Source: an uncultured Gammaproteobacteria bacterium
GTDB lineage: Bacteria > Patescibacteriota > Patescibacteriia > Buchananbacterales > UBA6539
Reading direction: 5' to 3'
Length of the DNA: 51,970 nt
NCBI GenBank assembly: GCA_964540635.1
Contig: CAZINP010000004.1
Location: 1,336 to 53,305, forward strand
Under the pieces are notes generated by a model that had not been told where the DNA came from, did no database searches, and saw nothing but the letters and a program-made list of their open reading frames with translations. The translations under genes were made by a program, and so were the position numbers. Shown one piece after another: positions 13,472 to 23,084 of this stretch (the first letter of the stretch is position 1; each line of letters starts with the position of its first letter).

Positions 13472-15821
13472 ATTGTCTGACAACTTTTTCAGCTTCTTCT
13501 ATTTTTAGACTGATGAGTTTGGAGATGCTGTCATCAGACATGGTCACGCCATATAAAATATTAGCCTGATGCATGGTGGCGCGATTGTGAGTAATAACGA
13601 TGAATTGAGTTTTGTGTGAAAGCTCGGCGATAATTGAAGAATATCTTTGTGAATTGGCCTCATCCAAGGCGGCATCAACTTCGTCTAAAATAACAAAAGG
13701 GGATGGGTTGTTGGCAATCACGGCACAAATTAAAGCAATGGAAGCAAGAGACCTCTCGCCGCCGGACAGCATAGTAATGGCTGAAACTTTTTTGCCGGGT
13801 GGTTGAGCGGCAATATCAATCCCGGTGATTATTTTGCCGGTCTTTTTCTTTAAAAATCTTTTTGGACTCATTTTTTCTTCGGCATCCTCAAGCATCTTTA
13901 ATATTCCGGGTTGAGCCGTCTCCGCTTCTTGACCATCAGCCAGGGCTTGTTCACTTTCTGTTATTGTTGGCGCTTCTTTATTTTCGCTTAAATCTTCTTT
14001 AAGTAAAATTAAATCCGCTTTGCCGCCGCCAAAAAGAATCTTAAAAAATTTGGAGAACTCCTTGCTGATATCTTTAAAGGCATGGTCAAATTGAGTTTGA
14101 ATTTTTTCGTCCAAATCATTAATAATTTTTTCCAAGGAGTTGATTGATTTTCTCAGGTCCTCGGCTTGTTCGGAAAGGAAGTCGTGGCGTTCCTTTGTTT
14201 CGGTATATTCTTTGACGGTTTCCGGATCAACGCCGCCGATCAATTCAAGTTGGTGTTTTAAGTTAAGCATTTTTTGCTTGACTTCTTGTTCATTAATTAC
14301 TTCAGCTTTATATTCAGCCAGCCATTCCATATTGCCGGTTTCTTCTTTGATTTCTTGTTTTAAATCTTGTTGGTGGGTTTCAAGCCTGGCCATTTCCACA
14401 CGCAAGCTTGAGGCTTGATTGTTTAAGCGATTGTATTCATCTTGCTTGGCCGTAATTTGTCTTTGTAAATCAAAAAATTTGCCTTTCTTTTGTTCTTCGG
14501 CTTGATTGAAGTTTTCAATTTCTTTTCGGGCAGATTCCAAGCGAGAATCAATGCCGGACATTTCTTTTTCAATATCGGCCAATTCTTCCAGCAAGCCTTT
14601 ATCAATTTCGCCCTGGACCTTTTCTTTGATTTTTGGATTTTCCAGTTGCTCAAGCAAATCCTTGATTAAACCGCCAAGCTCTCTGGCTTCCTCGCGGCAT
14701 TGAGAAAATTTGGCCAAATCTTTTTGATCCAAATTTAGAATCATTTTTTCATGCAATTCGGTGATGGCCTTTAACTTCTCAATAATTTCGTGGACCTGCA
14801 GGGGAACGGCTTTTTGAATTAATCGCTGCTTGTTAACTTCAATTTTATTTTTTAAAATCAGCTGTTCTTCGCGCAATTTATTTTTTTCGTCTAAGATTAT
14901 TTGATATTTTTGTTGAAGCTGCCCGAAAACCGCGCTTCTTGAATCTTCTTTTTCCAGCGAGCGCAGATGGTTTTGTGATTCTCTGAGTTCAGCTTCTTTT
15001 TTTGTCAATTCTTTTTCAATTTCTTTTAATTGCGGTTTGACCTGCCCGATTTTTGTTTCCAAATTATGCCAAAGAAAACCATAATATTGCCAAGCAACTT
15101 CTTTTAATTCAATTTCTATTTTTTCACGCCTTTCCAGGCGCTTAACCTGGCGAGTTAGAGAGTTAAGGCGAGGAGTGATTTCGGTTAAGAGCGCGTCAAT
15201 TTGGCGAAGATTGTTCCAAGCGCTTTCTAATTTATTAATTGATTGATCGCGTTTGATTTGATATGATTTCACGCCCACTGCTTCGTCAAAATAGTCTTTT
15301 CTTTCGCCGGGGGTTGCCATAATTACTTGATCAATTGAACCCTGAGAAATTATGGAATAACTTTTTTGGCCAAAATTTGATTTGGCCACCAACATTAAAA
15401 TATCTTGAAGCCTGACTTTGTTTTTATTGATTAAATATTCGCTTTCGCCGTTGCGGTAAAGCCGGCGCGAAATTATGACTTGAGGGTATTCAATTGGCAT
15501 GGCCCCGTCCTCGTTGTTTAAGGTCATGGAGACCGAAGCCAAACCCAAGCGCGATTTTTTGTCTGAACCGGCGAAAATTATGTCCTCGGATTTTTTACCG
15601 CGAAGGCTTTTAAGAGATTGTTCGCCCAAAACCCAACGCACCGCATCAACCAAATTACTTTTGCCTGAGCCATTAGGACCGACAATGCAAGCAATGCCGC
15701 AACCGCCGCCTTTTTGTGTGTCGGAAACTAAAAGACAGCCTTTATCAGGCCGAGGAAATTCTAGAACGGTTTTTTGGGCAAACGACTTGAAGCCCTGGAT
15801 TTCAATTCTTTCTAAAAACAT
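13470..15821 (-). CDS. smc: SMC-family chromosome segregation ATPase, short (783 aa), no recognisable hinge
   Basis: LERIEIQGFKSF, GPNGSGKSN, ISRRLYRNGESEYLIN, MLSGGERSL, ILDEVDAALDEAN, QFIVITH. Confidence 0.9.
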   Translation of the reverse strand: MFLERIEIQGFKSFAQKTVLEFPRPDKGCLLVSDTQKGGGCGIACIVGPNGSGKSNLVDAVRWVLGEQSLKSLRGKKSEDIIFAGSDKKSRLGLASVSMTLNNEDGAMPIEYPQVIISRRLYRNGESEYLINKNKVRLQDILMLVAKSNFGQKSYSIISQGSIDQVIMATPGERKDYFDEAVGVKSYQIKRDQSINKLESAWNNLRQIDALLTEITPRLNSLTRQVKRLERREKIEIELKEVAWQYYGFLWHNLETKIGQVKPQLKEIEKELTKKEAELRESQNHLRSLEKEDSRSAVFGQLQQKYQIILDEKNKLREEQLILKNKIEVNKQRLIQKAVPLQVHEIIEKLKAITELHEKMILNLDQKDLAKFSQCREEARELGGLIKDLLEQLENPKIKEKVQGEIDKGLLEELADIEKEMSGIDSRLESARKEIENFNQAEEQKKGKFFDLQRQITAKQDEYNRLNNQASSLRVEMARLETHQQDLKQEIKEETGNMEWLAEYKAEVINEQEVKQKMLNLKHQLELIGGVDPETVKEYTETKERHDFLSEQAEDLRKSINSLEKIINDLDEKIQTQFDHAFKDISKEFSKFFKILFGGGKADLILLKEDLSENKEAPTITESEQALADGQEAETAQPGILKMLEDAEEKMSPKRFLKKKTGKIITGIDIAAQPPGKKVSAITMLSGGERSLASIALICAVIANNPSPFVILDEVDAALDEANSQRYSSIIAELSHKTQFIVITHNRATMHQANILYGVTMSDDSISKLISLKIEEAEKVVRQ

Positions 15822-15877
15822 GTTTATATTTTAGCATTTTTTATTACAGACAAGCAAGAGAGTAGCTGTATTTTTGA

Positions 15878-15906
15878 TTGACAAAAACCTTTAAAATTAA
15901 TAAGAT
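15878..15906 (+). promoter_or_regulatory. sigma70 promoter for dapA
   Basis: TTGACA, 17 nt, TAAGAT. Confidence 0.75.
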
Positions 15907-15972
15907 AATTAATCAAAAGGAGTTGTTCTTTTCCCATTGTCTTTACCCTCAACCCGCAGGAGACTTGAATCT

Positions 15973-17037
15973 ATGGAACAGAATTGGCTGGTTAGGGGCG
16001 CATTTACCGCCCTGGTAACACCGCTTAATGCGGACGGAAAAATTGACTGGCAGGCATATTTTCGCCTGTTGGATTATCAGGCTTCAAACCATGGTTGGTT
16101 GGCCGGATTGGTTCCGGCCGGCACCACCGGGCAATCGCCCATACTATCGCCAGAGGAGCATATTATGCTCAACGCCCGGACGGCTTTTTTTTGCCGGAAG
16201 AATGGCTTGAGTTGCATTGCCGGTACCGGCAGCAATTCCACCGAAGAGGCGACACACTATTCTATGCAAGCGGCCCATGACGGGGTCGATGGCATTTTGT
16301 TGGTTGATCCCTACTACAATCGTCCGCCTTCGCCACAATTGGTGGAAGAGTATTACCGCCCAATCATAGAGGCGGTTATCAGGGTTAATCCGCAAATCAG
16401 GGTGGTGCCATACATCATCCCCGGCCGCACCGCCACCCAGCTTTGGCCGGAGGATTTAGCGGCTTTGAATCGGAAGTTCCCCCAAAACGTGGTGGCGGTC
16501 AAAGAAGCCACCGGCAGCGATGAAGTTCGCCGCCAGATTCGCAAAAATTGCGGTCGCGATTTTTCCCTGCTTTCCGGGGATGATTCGGCAACGGCCGAAA
16601 TGATGGCTGACAAGGAAATTATGGCTTCCGGTGCAATCTCGGTAATCAGCAATCTTTTGCCCCAAGCCGTAGGCGAAATGACGCAAGCCGGAATCCAGCA
16701 TAACTGGGATATGCTTGGCAGTCTTCATTCGGCGCTTTCGCCCTTGTTTAACCTGGTCACCGTGGAAGTTGACCATCCATGCTATAAGGGCAGAAGGGTT
16801 CGCTACCCCAATCCGGAACCGATCATGACCATGATGGCCGGTTTGGGGATGATTAAGCCGTTTTTCGGTCAGCCGCTTGGCTTCATGAACATCGAGGCCG
16901 TTTCGATTGTTCGCCAGGCCTTAACCAAGGTCTTTCACGACCATCCCTATTTTTTTGAAGATCTGTCCGATTTTTGGAAGATTGACGTTGCCGCCAAATT
17001 GGCGGATAACAAAAATTGGGATTGCTTGTGCCGATAA
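15973..17037 (+). CDS. dapA: 4-hydroxy-tetrahydrodipicolinate synthase (DapA family) with C-terminal extension
   Basis: GAFTALVTP, GTTGQS, GTGSNST, PYYN, YIIPGRT, AVKEATG (Schiff-base Lys), LSGDD; AGGAG before ATG 15973 (TTG 15937 alternative). Confidence 0.85.
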   Translation: MEQNWLVRGAFTALVTPLNADGKIDWQAYFRLLDYQASNHGWLAGLVPAGTTGQSPILSPEEHIMLNARTAFFCRKNGLSCIAGTGSNSTEEATHYSMQAAHDGVDGILLVDPYYNRPPSPQLVEEYYRPIIEAVIRVNPQIRVVPYIIPGRTATQLWPEDLAALNRKFPQNVVAVKEATGSDEVRRQIRKNCGRDFSLLSGDDSATAEMMADKEIMASGAISVISNLLPQAVGEMTQAGIQHNWDMLGSLHSALSPLFNLVTVEVDHPCYKGRRVRYPNPEPIMTMMAGLGMIKPFFGQPLGFMNIEAVSIVRQALTKVFHDHPYFFEDLSDFWKIDVAAKLADNKNWDCLCR

Positions 17038-17060
17038 GGCGCACTCCCTTTGGAACCATC

Positions 17061-17096
17061 CGCCCTCCAAGCGCATAGCAAGGAGGGTGTTTTTTT
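17061..17096 (+). terminator. dapA terminator overlapping polA promoter
   Basis: CGCCCTCC...GGAGGGTG plus T7; overlaps TAGCAA-17-TATAAT. Confidence 0.7.
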
Positions 17097-17118
17097 GCTA
17101 TAATAAAGACAATATTTT

Positions 17119-19857
17119 ATGTCAAAATCTCAAAAAAAATTTGTTGTCATTGACGGCAACGCCTTAATTCATCGCGCTTGGCATGCCCTGCCCCCGACCT
17201 TAACGACCAAATCCGGAGAAGTGGTAAATGCCGTTTATGGTTTTACCATGATTATGCTTAAAGTTCTAAAAGACTTGAAGCCTGATTATTTGGCCGTGAC
17301 CTTTGATTTGGCCGCGCCAACTTTTCGACACAAGGAATATAAGGAATATAAAGCCCAAAGAGTTAAGCAGGCCGATGAATTATACGCCCAATTCCCGCGC
17401 ATTAAAGAAGTGGTGCGCGCTTTTAATATTCCAATTTATGAAAAGGAAGGGTTTGAAGCCGATGACGTTATTGCGACTTTAGTTTGCAACCCGGCGGTAG
17501 AAAAAATCCAATCAATTATTGTGACCGGTGATATGGATACGATGCAATTGGTTGATGAGAACACTTTAGTTTATACCATGCACAAAGGAATTTCCGATAC
17601 GGTTACTTATGATATTGAGGCGGTCAAAAATCGCTACGGCGGGCTAAGCCCCGAGCAAATGGTTGACTACAAAGGCTTGCGCGGCGATGTCTCGGATAAT
17701 ATTCCCGGCGTTAAAGGAATTGGCGAAAAAAGCGCGATTAATTTATTGGTTGAATTTGGAACTTTGGAGAATATTTACAAGGACATCAATTCGCCCAAGA
17801 TTCCGGAGCGATACCGCAAGCTTTTGATCGAGCATAAAGACGAGGCGTTTTTTTCCAAAAAGTTAGCCACTTTAATTAAAGATGTGCCGATCGATTTTGA
17901 TTTGGAAGACGTCAGGCTTAAAGGCTATGATGTTTCAGCTTTAATGTCATTGTTTCAAGAATTGGAATTTAAATCTTTAATTGCAAAAATACCAAAAGAT
18001 TTTCATAAAGATAAAGAGGCAAAAGCTCAGGGCGCTTTTAACTTTGAATCAGTACCTCAATTAATTAAAGACAATAAGGCTGATTATCGTTTAATTAAAA
18101 CACAAAAAGATTTTGATGATTTTTTGAAAGAATTAAAAAAGCAAAAGATTTTTGTTTTTGATACTGAGACTTCCGGTCTTAATCCTTTTGAAGATGAGCT
18201 TTTGGGTGTGAGTTTTTCTTGGCAAGACGGTTTGGCTTATTATTTGCCGGCAAAAAAAGAATGGCTTGAGGCAATCAAACCGATAATGGCTGATTCGGAA
18301 ATTAAAAAAGCCGGCCACAATATTAAGTTTGATTTATCGGCTTTGGCCAGTGTTGGGGTTTTGGTGGCTGGAATTTACTTTGATTCAATGGTAGCTTCAT
18401 ATTTGATCAATCCCGGCAGCCGCCAGCACAATTTAGATGGCTTGGCTTTTTCCGAATTTGGTTACCAGATGCAGCCGATAGAAGATTTGATCGGTAAGGG
18501 TAAAAATCAAATCACGCTCAAAGAGGTGTCAATTGAAAAAGTAAGCGATTATTCTTGTGAGGATGCGGATTTTACTTGGCGTTTGATTAAGCCCTTGACT
18601 AAACAGCTTAAGGAAAAAAACAATTTTGGTTTATTAGAAAAAATTGAAATTCCTTTGATTCCGGTTTTGGCGGAAATGGAAAAAAACGGAATTGAAGTTG
18701 ATGTTAAATATTTAAAAAAAATGGAAAAAGAGGTTGGCGGGCGTTTGGAAAAGATTGAACAAAAAATTTATACGATTGCCGGTGAAAAATTTAATATTGC
18801 TTCGCCCCTTCAGCTCAAACAAATTCTTTTTGAAAAACTTAAAATTTCCACACAAGGCTTGAGTCGCACCAAAACCGGCATCTCAACCGCAGCCGATCAA
18901 TTGGAGAAATTAAAAGGTCAGCACGAAATTATTGATTATATTATGGAATTTCGCGAACTGGCCAAGCTTAAATCAACTTACATTGAAGCCTTACCCAGGT
19001 TAGTTGATAAAAACAATCGGGTTCACACCAGCTTTAATCAAACAATTACTGCCACCGGTAGGCTCTCATCTTCTGATCCAAATTTGCAAAATATTCCTAT
19101 TAGAACCGAATTAGGTGCCAAAATACGCTGTGCTTTTGTAGCCGGTAAGGAAAAAGTTTTGATTTCGGCAGACTATTCACAGATTGAATTGCGCATTATC
19201 GCTTCACTGGCTAACGACAAAAAAATGATTGAATCTTTTGAGAAGGGCGAGGATATTCACACGCGTACGGCTTCAGAAATCAACAACGTCCCTCTTGAGA
19301 AAGTTACCAAAGAAATGCGATACGCGGCTAAGGCTGTAAATTTTGGCATTATTTATGGTCAGGGTGCGTGGGGGCTGGCTGCTTCGGCCGGAATTTCGCG
19401 CGGTAAGGCGATTGATTTTATTGATACTTATTTTGAGATTCACAAAGATATTTTTGATTATTTGGAAAATACCAAGCAAATGGCTCATAAAGTCGGTTTT
19501 GTTGAAACTTGGTTTGGTCGCCGTCGTTATTTGCCCGAAATTAATTCTACTATTCAGCCCGTTAAAGCCGCGGCCGAGAGAATGGCGATTAATCACCCTA
19601 TCCAGGGTACGGCCGCTGACTTAATGAAATTGGCGATGGTTGAAGTTTACAAAGGCTTGCCCGCAATTTGTTCTGAAGCAAAAATGATTTTGCAAGTTCA
19701 TGACGAATTGGTTTTGGAAGTACCTAAAAATTGTGCAACAAAAGTGGCGGAATTTGTTAAAGACAAAATGGAAAATATTTATAAATTGCGTGCCCCGATT
19801 GAGGCCGAAGTCGAAGCCGGCAGTAATTGGGGAGAATTGAAACAAATTTTATTGTAA
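17119..19857 (+). CDS. polA: DNA polymerase I
   Basis: IDGNALIHRAWHA, GFEADD, FDTETS, ADYSQIELR, AKAVNFGIIYG, LQVHDEL. Confidence 0.98.
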   Translation: MSKSQKKFVVIDGNALIHRAWHALPPTLTTKSGEVVNAVYGFTMIMLKVLKDLKPDYLAVTFDLAAPTFRHKEYKEYKAQRVKQADELYAQFPRIKEVVRAFNIPIYEKEGFEADDVIATLVCNPAVEKIQSIIVTGDMDTMQLVDENTLVYTMHKGISDTVTYDIEAVKNRYGGLSPEQMVDYKGLRGDVSDNIPGVKGIGEKSAINLLVEFGTLENIYKDINSPKIPERYRKLLIEHKDEAFFSKKLATLIKDVPIDFDLEDVRLKGYDVSALMSLFQELEFKSLIAKIPKDFHKDKEAKAQGAFNFESVPQLIKDNKADYRLIKTQKDFDDFLKELKKQKIFVFDTETSGLNPFEDELLGVSFSWQDGLAYYLPAKKEWLEAIKPIMADSEIKKAGHNIKFDLSALASVGVLVAGIYFDSMVASYLINPGSRQHNLDGLAFSEFGYQMQPIEDLIGKGKNQITLKEVSIEKVSDYSCEDADFTWRLIKPLTKQLKEKNNFGLLEKIEIPLIPVLAEMEKNGIEVDVKYLKKMEKEVGGRLEKIEQKIYTIAGEKFNIASPLQLKQILFEKLKISTQGLSRTKTGISTAADQLEKLKGQHEIIDYIMEFRELAKLKSTYIEALPRLVDKNNRVHTSFNQTITATGRLSSSDPNLQNIPIRTELGAKIRCAFVAGKEKVLISADYSQIELRIIASLANDKKMIESFEKGEDIHTRTASEINNVPLEKVTKEMRYAAKAVNFGIIYGQGAWGLAASAGISRGKAIDFIDTYFEIHKDIFDYLENTKQMAHKVGFVETWFGRRRYLPEINSTIQPVKAAAERMAINHPIQGTAADLMKLAMVEVYKGLPAICSEAKMILQVHDELVLEVPKNCATKVAEFVKDKMENIYKLRAPIEAEVEAGSNWGELKQILL

Positions 19858-19858
19858 A

Positions 19859-21142
19859 ATGTTTAAATTTTTGAAAAATAATTGGAAAAAGACGCTGGTC
19901 GTCTTTTTTGTTTGTTTTTATTTTTTGCCGATTTTCTTGAGGCCGTATATTACCATGGGCGATCAGCCTCATTATTTACTGGTTTTAAACAGTATTATTA
20001 ATGATCATGATTTTGATTTAAATAATAATTATTATAATGTCTACCTGGGTACGATTGAGGCCGGAGCTTTGCACCAAAAAAATATACTTGATCATCACAC
20101 GGTTTTTGTCGGAAAAGAAAATAAGGAAATAATTTTTTGGGAAGAAATTTTTAAATTAGAAAAAGGTGGCATGGCCTTAACCCCGGCTTGGCAAGATAAA
20201 GAGTTTTTGCCACAAAATTATCAAGAAAGATCTTATCGAGCCGTTGGTTTGCCGCTTTTAATTGCGCCTTTGAGCGCAATTTTACAATTACTTTTTAGTC
20301 AAGAATTTGCCATTTTGCTGATTTCAAAATCAATTTTGCTTTTAGGGTTTTATTTTTTATATAAAATCGGTTTATATTTTTCCAACCGAAAAAAGGATTC
20401 TTTTGCGTTGGTTTTGGCTTTTGCTTTTGCCAGTCCGCTTTGGTTTTATTCAAAAACATTTTTTACCGAACCGTATTTAGCGGCGATTTTGATTATTGTT
20501 TATTATTTATCAATTAATAATTCTCGGTATTTGCTCCAAGGTTTGCTCTTGGGCATGGGTGTTTTAATAAAAAACCAATTTATTTTAGTGCCGTTTTTTA
20601 TAGGTTTACTTGAAATTTATCAAAAAAGATTTAAAAACTTTTTACAATTTTTTTCTCCGGTTATATTTTTTGCAATACTACAAGCCGGTATGAATTATTA
20701 TTTTTATGGTTCTTTTTTACCGGTTCAAAAATTTTTATGGGGCAATCCCTTCGCTGCTCTATTCGGTTTATTTTTTAATTATCAATTGGGTTTGTTCTTT
20801 AAAATGCCTTATTTTGTTTTTGCTTTTTTGGGCTTTGTTTATTTTTTAAAATATAAAAAAGAGTTTTTGTCCTGGCTGGCATTGCTCACTTCATTTTTAT
20901 TGCCAGTCATTTTTTGGCGACTTTGGGATGGGGGCTGGGGTTTTGCCCCGCGTTTAATTGTGCCGACAATTCCTTTGTTTTATGTCCCGATTATTTTGTG
21001 GTATGACAGAACAAAGAATAAATGGCTAAAAATTGTTTTTTGGTTTTTTGTTTTTTCGTCGCTGATAATAAATTTTTTCGCGAGTTTTTTTAATTTTGAT
21101 TTTTTATATCTTTTAAGTTTCTTGAAGTTATTAATTTTTTGA
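19859..21142 (+). CDS. Multi-pass membrane protein, GT-C (PMT/ArnT-like) glycosyltransferase-like
   Basis: GDQPHYL in loop after first TM; many hydrophobic segments; WDGGWGFAPRLIVP; very AT-rich. Confidence 0.6.
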   Translation: MFKFLKNNWKKTLVVFFVCFYFLPIFLRPYITMGDQPHYLLVLNSIINDHDFDLNNNYYNVYLGTIEAGALHQKNILDHHTVFVGKENKEIIFWEEIFKLEKGGMALTPAWQDKEFLPQNYQERSYRAVGLPLLIAPLSAILQLLFSQEFAILLISKSILLLGFYFLYKIGLYFSNRKKDSFALVLAFAFASPLWFYSKTFFTEPYLAAILIIVYYLSINNSRYLLQGLLLGMGVLIKNQFILVPFFIGLLEIYQKRFKNFLQFFSPVIFFAILQAGMNYYFYGSFLPVQKFLWGNPFAALFGLFFNYQLGLFFKMPYFVFAFLGFVYFLKYKKEFLSWLALLTSFLLPVIFWRLWDGGWGFAPRLIVPTIPLFYVPIILWYDRTKNKWLKIVFWFFVFSSLIINFFASFFNFDFLYLLSFLKLLIF

Positions 21143-21212
21143 CCATTGATTTTTGTAAACAAATCTGATATTGTTATCAATCAAGCCCGCTGACAAGATA
21201 AGGAGACTTCCA

Positions 21213-21578
21213 ATGTCAAAGGTGTTGATCGATTATAAGGTTCTGGCAGGTGACTGCCAAATATTGACCGATGTTTTCGGTCTAATCAGGAGTTGGTTGG
21301 GAGAAAAAAGTGCAGCCGAGCAGGCCAGAATAATTGGTTTAATTTGCGCCAAGCGCGATGAGCTCGGCTGGTACACGCCAATTGGGCAAGAGCTCCTTGA
21401 AATTCTTCTTGATTATTTTCAAGAAGCCGTGGTGGGTAATGCGCAGGAGGGTGAGGGCATTGACCTTGGTGAATTAGCCAGTCAAATTGCCGGGCGCTTA
21501 GAGACCCGCCTTTACTCTGTCAGGCCCGGGTCATACCCGCCAAAATCCGCCAGAAACACAGGCGCTGAAATGCAATAA
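21213..21578 (+). CDS. Hypothetical helical protein (121 aa)
   Basis: AAGGAG 7 nt before ATG 21213; TTGATT-17-TATTGT promoter at 21146-21174. Confidence 0.7.
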   Translation: MSKVLIDYKVLAGDCQILTDVFGLIRSWLGEKSAAEQARIIGLICAKRDELGWYTPIGQELLEILLDYFQEAVVGNAQEGEGIDLGELASQIAGRLETRLYSVRPGSYPPKSARNTGAEMQ

Positions 21579-21605
21579 TCAGCGCTTTTTTATTTTTGCA
21601 TAATA

Positions 21606-21634
21606 TTGACAAAATCTGTCAAAAGTGCTATAGT
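21606..21634 (+). promoter_or_regulatory. sigma70 promoter with TTGACA-N5-TGTCAA inverted repeat
   Basis: TTGACA (21606-11), 17 nt, TATAGT (21629-34); TGTCAA at 21617-22. Confidence 0.75.
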
Positions 21635-21661
21635 TATTAGTCGCTCTTTTCAGCTATATTT

Positions 21662-21756
21662 TTTGGCTATTACCGGTTTTTTCTCAATATTTTTGAGGCA
21701 AAACCGGTAGTAGTCAAACGGAAACGGCAAAACCCAAACCCGCGGCCGCTGGCCGC
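21662..21756 (+). ncRNA. Structured 5' leader of the 408-aa gene
   Basis: 19-bp stem TTTGGCTATTACCGGTTTT/AAAACCGGTAGTAGTCAAA (2 G-U) plus CTCAA/TTGAG; GCGGCC-GCT-GGCCGC abutting the SD. Confidence 0.55.
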
Positions 21757-21769
21757 AAGGAGTGTGGAA

Positions 21770-22990
21770 ATGAGTAAGGCAGAAACCGGCAATATCGTGG
21801 CCGTAAACACGATAATAACCAGAATCGCCCCCAGTCTTGAGTGCGGCCTGTTTGCCGCGCTTCTATGGGTTCGGGCGATTCGTGAGGCGCTGAACATCAG
21901 TGCCAATGTCCAATGGCGGTTTTGGTCGACCGCCCAAATGACCCGTATGGGTCGCTCGCCCGAAGCGATCGCGGCTCTGCGAGCGGCCCGCATCATCCAT
22001 TTTGATGTCGGTAAGGGAATTTTTGACCAGCATGGGACAGATGAGAACCGGGAGTTTTCCCGGGTATCGTCTCTGGATCTCGTGCTGGCTCAGTGCGACT
22101 TTACGAAGCGCCGCCCCTGGCTGCGCGACATTGTCGCGTTGGTGCGAAAAAACGACCTGGATGGCCAGGCCGTCTCCAGCGCGCCAGACAACCTGCGTGT
22201 CTTGGCCACCGGCCTGATCAGCGCCTTTCCCGACGATTCGGGTTTGGTACTGGACTTTATGGCTATTGGCTTCGTCGGCATGTTTGCTCGCTGCAAGGCG
22301 GGCGTGCCGGCCGCGGACGCCTTCGGCCTGGCCGAAATGGCCCAGGGCGTGGCCGAGGCCTGCCCCAAAAAGTCTGACTGGTTTATGAAAATGGCCGACT
22401 GGGCCGTTGACCAGAACCAGAAGGACGAAGCCGAGGCCAAAGAGATTGTGGCCAGGGCAGTCCAGGAAAAGCAGTTTCGCTGGGTGCAAGTGCCCGGCCT
22501 GCCGCGCCAGGTAAAGGTGATGTGGGCCGAGGGCCGCTCACCCAAGATCGGGCCCATTAGCCGGTCCAAGCTCGGCGGCGCTGATGTTTGCATCATTGCT
22601 CGTCCCAACGGGCAGGTGCAGATTTTCGGCCGGAACCTTTTCATCGGCCAAGGGGATCAGCGTCGGGTCTATCGTATTGACCTGGCCGGAGTCGCACGCT
22701 TGTTGCGCATCAAAGAGGCGCGCGCCGAGGGCAAGCGCCTGGGCAACAATCCCGAAGACTGGGACCAGCCCGGGTACGTGTACTTCGAGGATGGCACAGC
22801 CTGCCCGTGGTACCTGGCCGAGTTCAGGACCATGGTTGCCAACGGCACACAGTCTTCACCCGACGTGCCCCCAACCAAAATGGCGATGGACGAAATCTTT
22901 CGTTTCACTTGCCTTGCCCTGGGCGAGTGCAGTTTGCTCATTCAGGACGACCAGGGCGAATTTCAGCCCTGTGATCAACCCGCCGCTTAG
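21770..22990 (+). CDS. High-GC hypothetical protein, possibly degenerate DHH/MYG1-like
   Basis: AAGGAG 7 nt before ATG 21770; HFDVGKGIFDQHG resembles MYG1-type DVG.G.FDHH. Confidence 0.7.
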   Translation: MSKAETGNIVAVNTIITRIAPSLECGLFAALLWVRAIREALNISANVQWRFWSTAQMTRMGRSPEAIAALRAARIIHFDVGKGIFDQHGTDENREFSRVSSLDLVLAQCDFTKRRPWLRDIVALVRKNDLDGQAVSSAPDNLRVLATGLISAFPDDSGLVLDFMAIGFVGMFARCKAGVPAADAFGLAEMAQGVAEACPKKSDWFMKMADWAVDQNQKDEAEAKEIVARAVQEKQFRWVQVPGLPRQVKVMWAEGRSPKIGPISRSKLGGADVCIIARPNGQVQIFGRNLFIGQGDQRRVYRIDLAGVARLLRIKEARAEGKRLGNNPEDWDQPGYVYFEDGTACPWYLAEFRTMVANGTQSSPDVPPTKMAMDEIFRFTCLALGECSLLIQDDQGEFQPCDQPAA

Positions 22991-23014
22991 GCGGGGTAGT
23001 CCAAAAACCAACCG

Positions 23015-23048
23015 GCGCCCGAGTCGCAAGACCCGGGCGCTTTGCTTT
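23015..23048 (+). terminator. Intrinsic terminator
   Basis: GCGCCCG-A-GTC-GCAA-GAC-CCGGGCGC followed by TTTGCTTT. Confidence 0.75.
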
Positions 23049-23084
23049 GCCAAAAAAAGGCAAATAGGCTAAAATAATAGCGCT

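Noticed and set aside
15907-15972. Lysine riboswitch or Lys-rich leader peptide before dapA
   Set aside because: The leader is too short and has no ATG-initiated Lys-rich ORF.
21670-23072. Several long overlapping ORFs around the 408-aa gene
   Set aside because: Expected from stop-codon scarcity in GC-rich DNA; none has an SD, promoter or motif.
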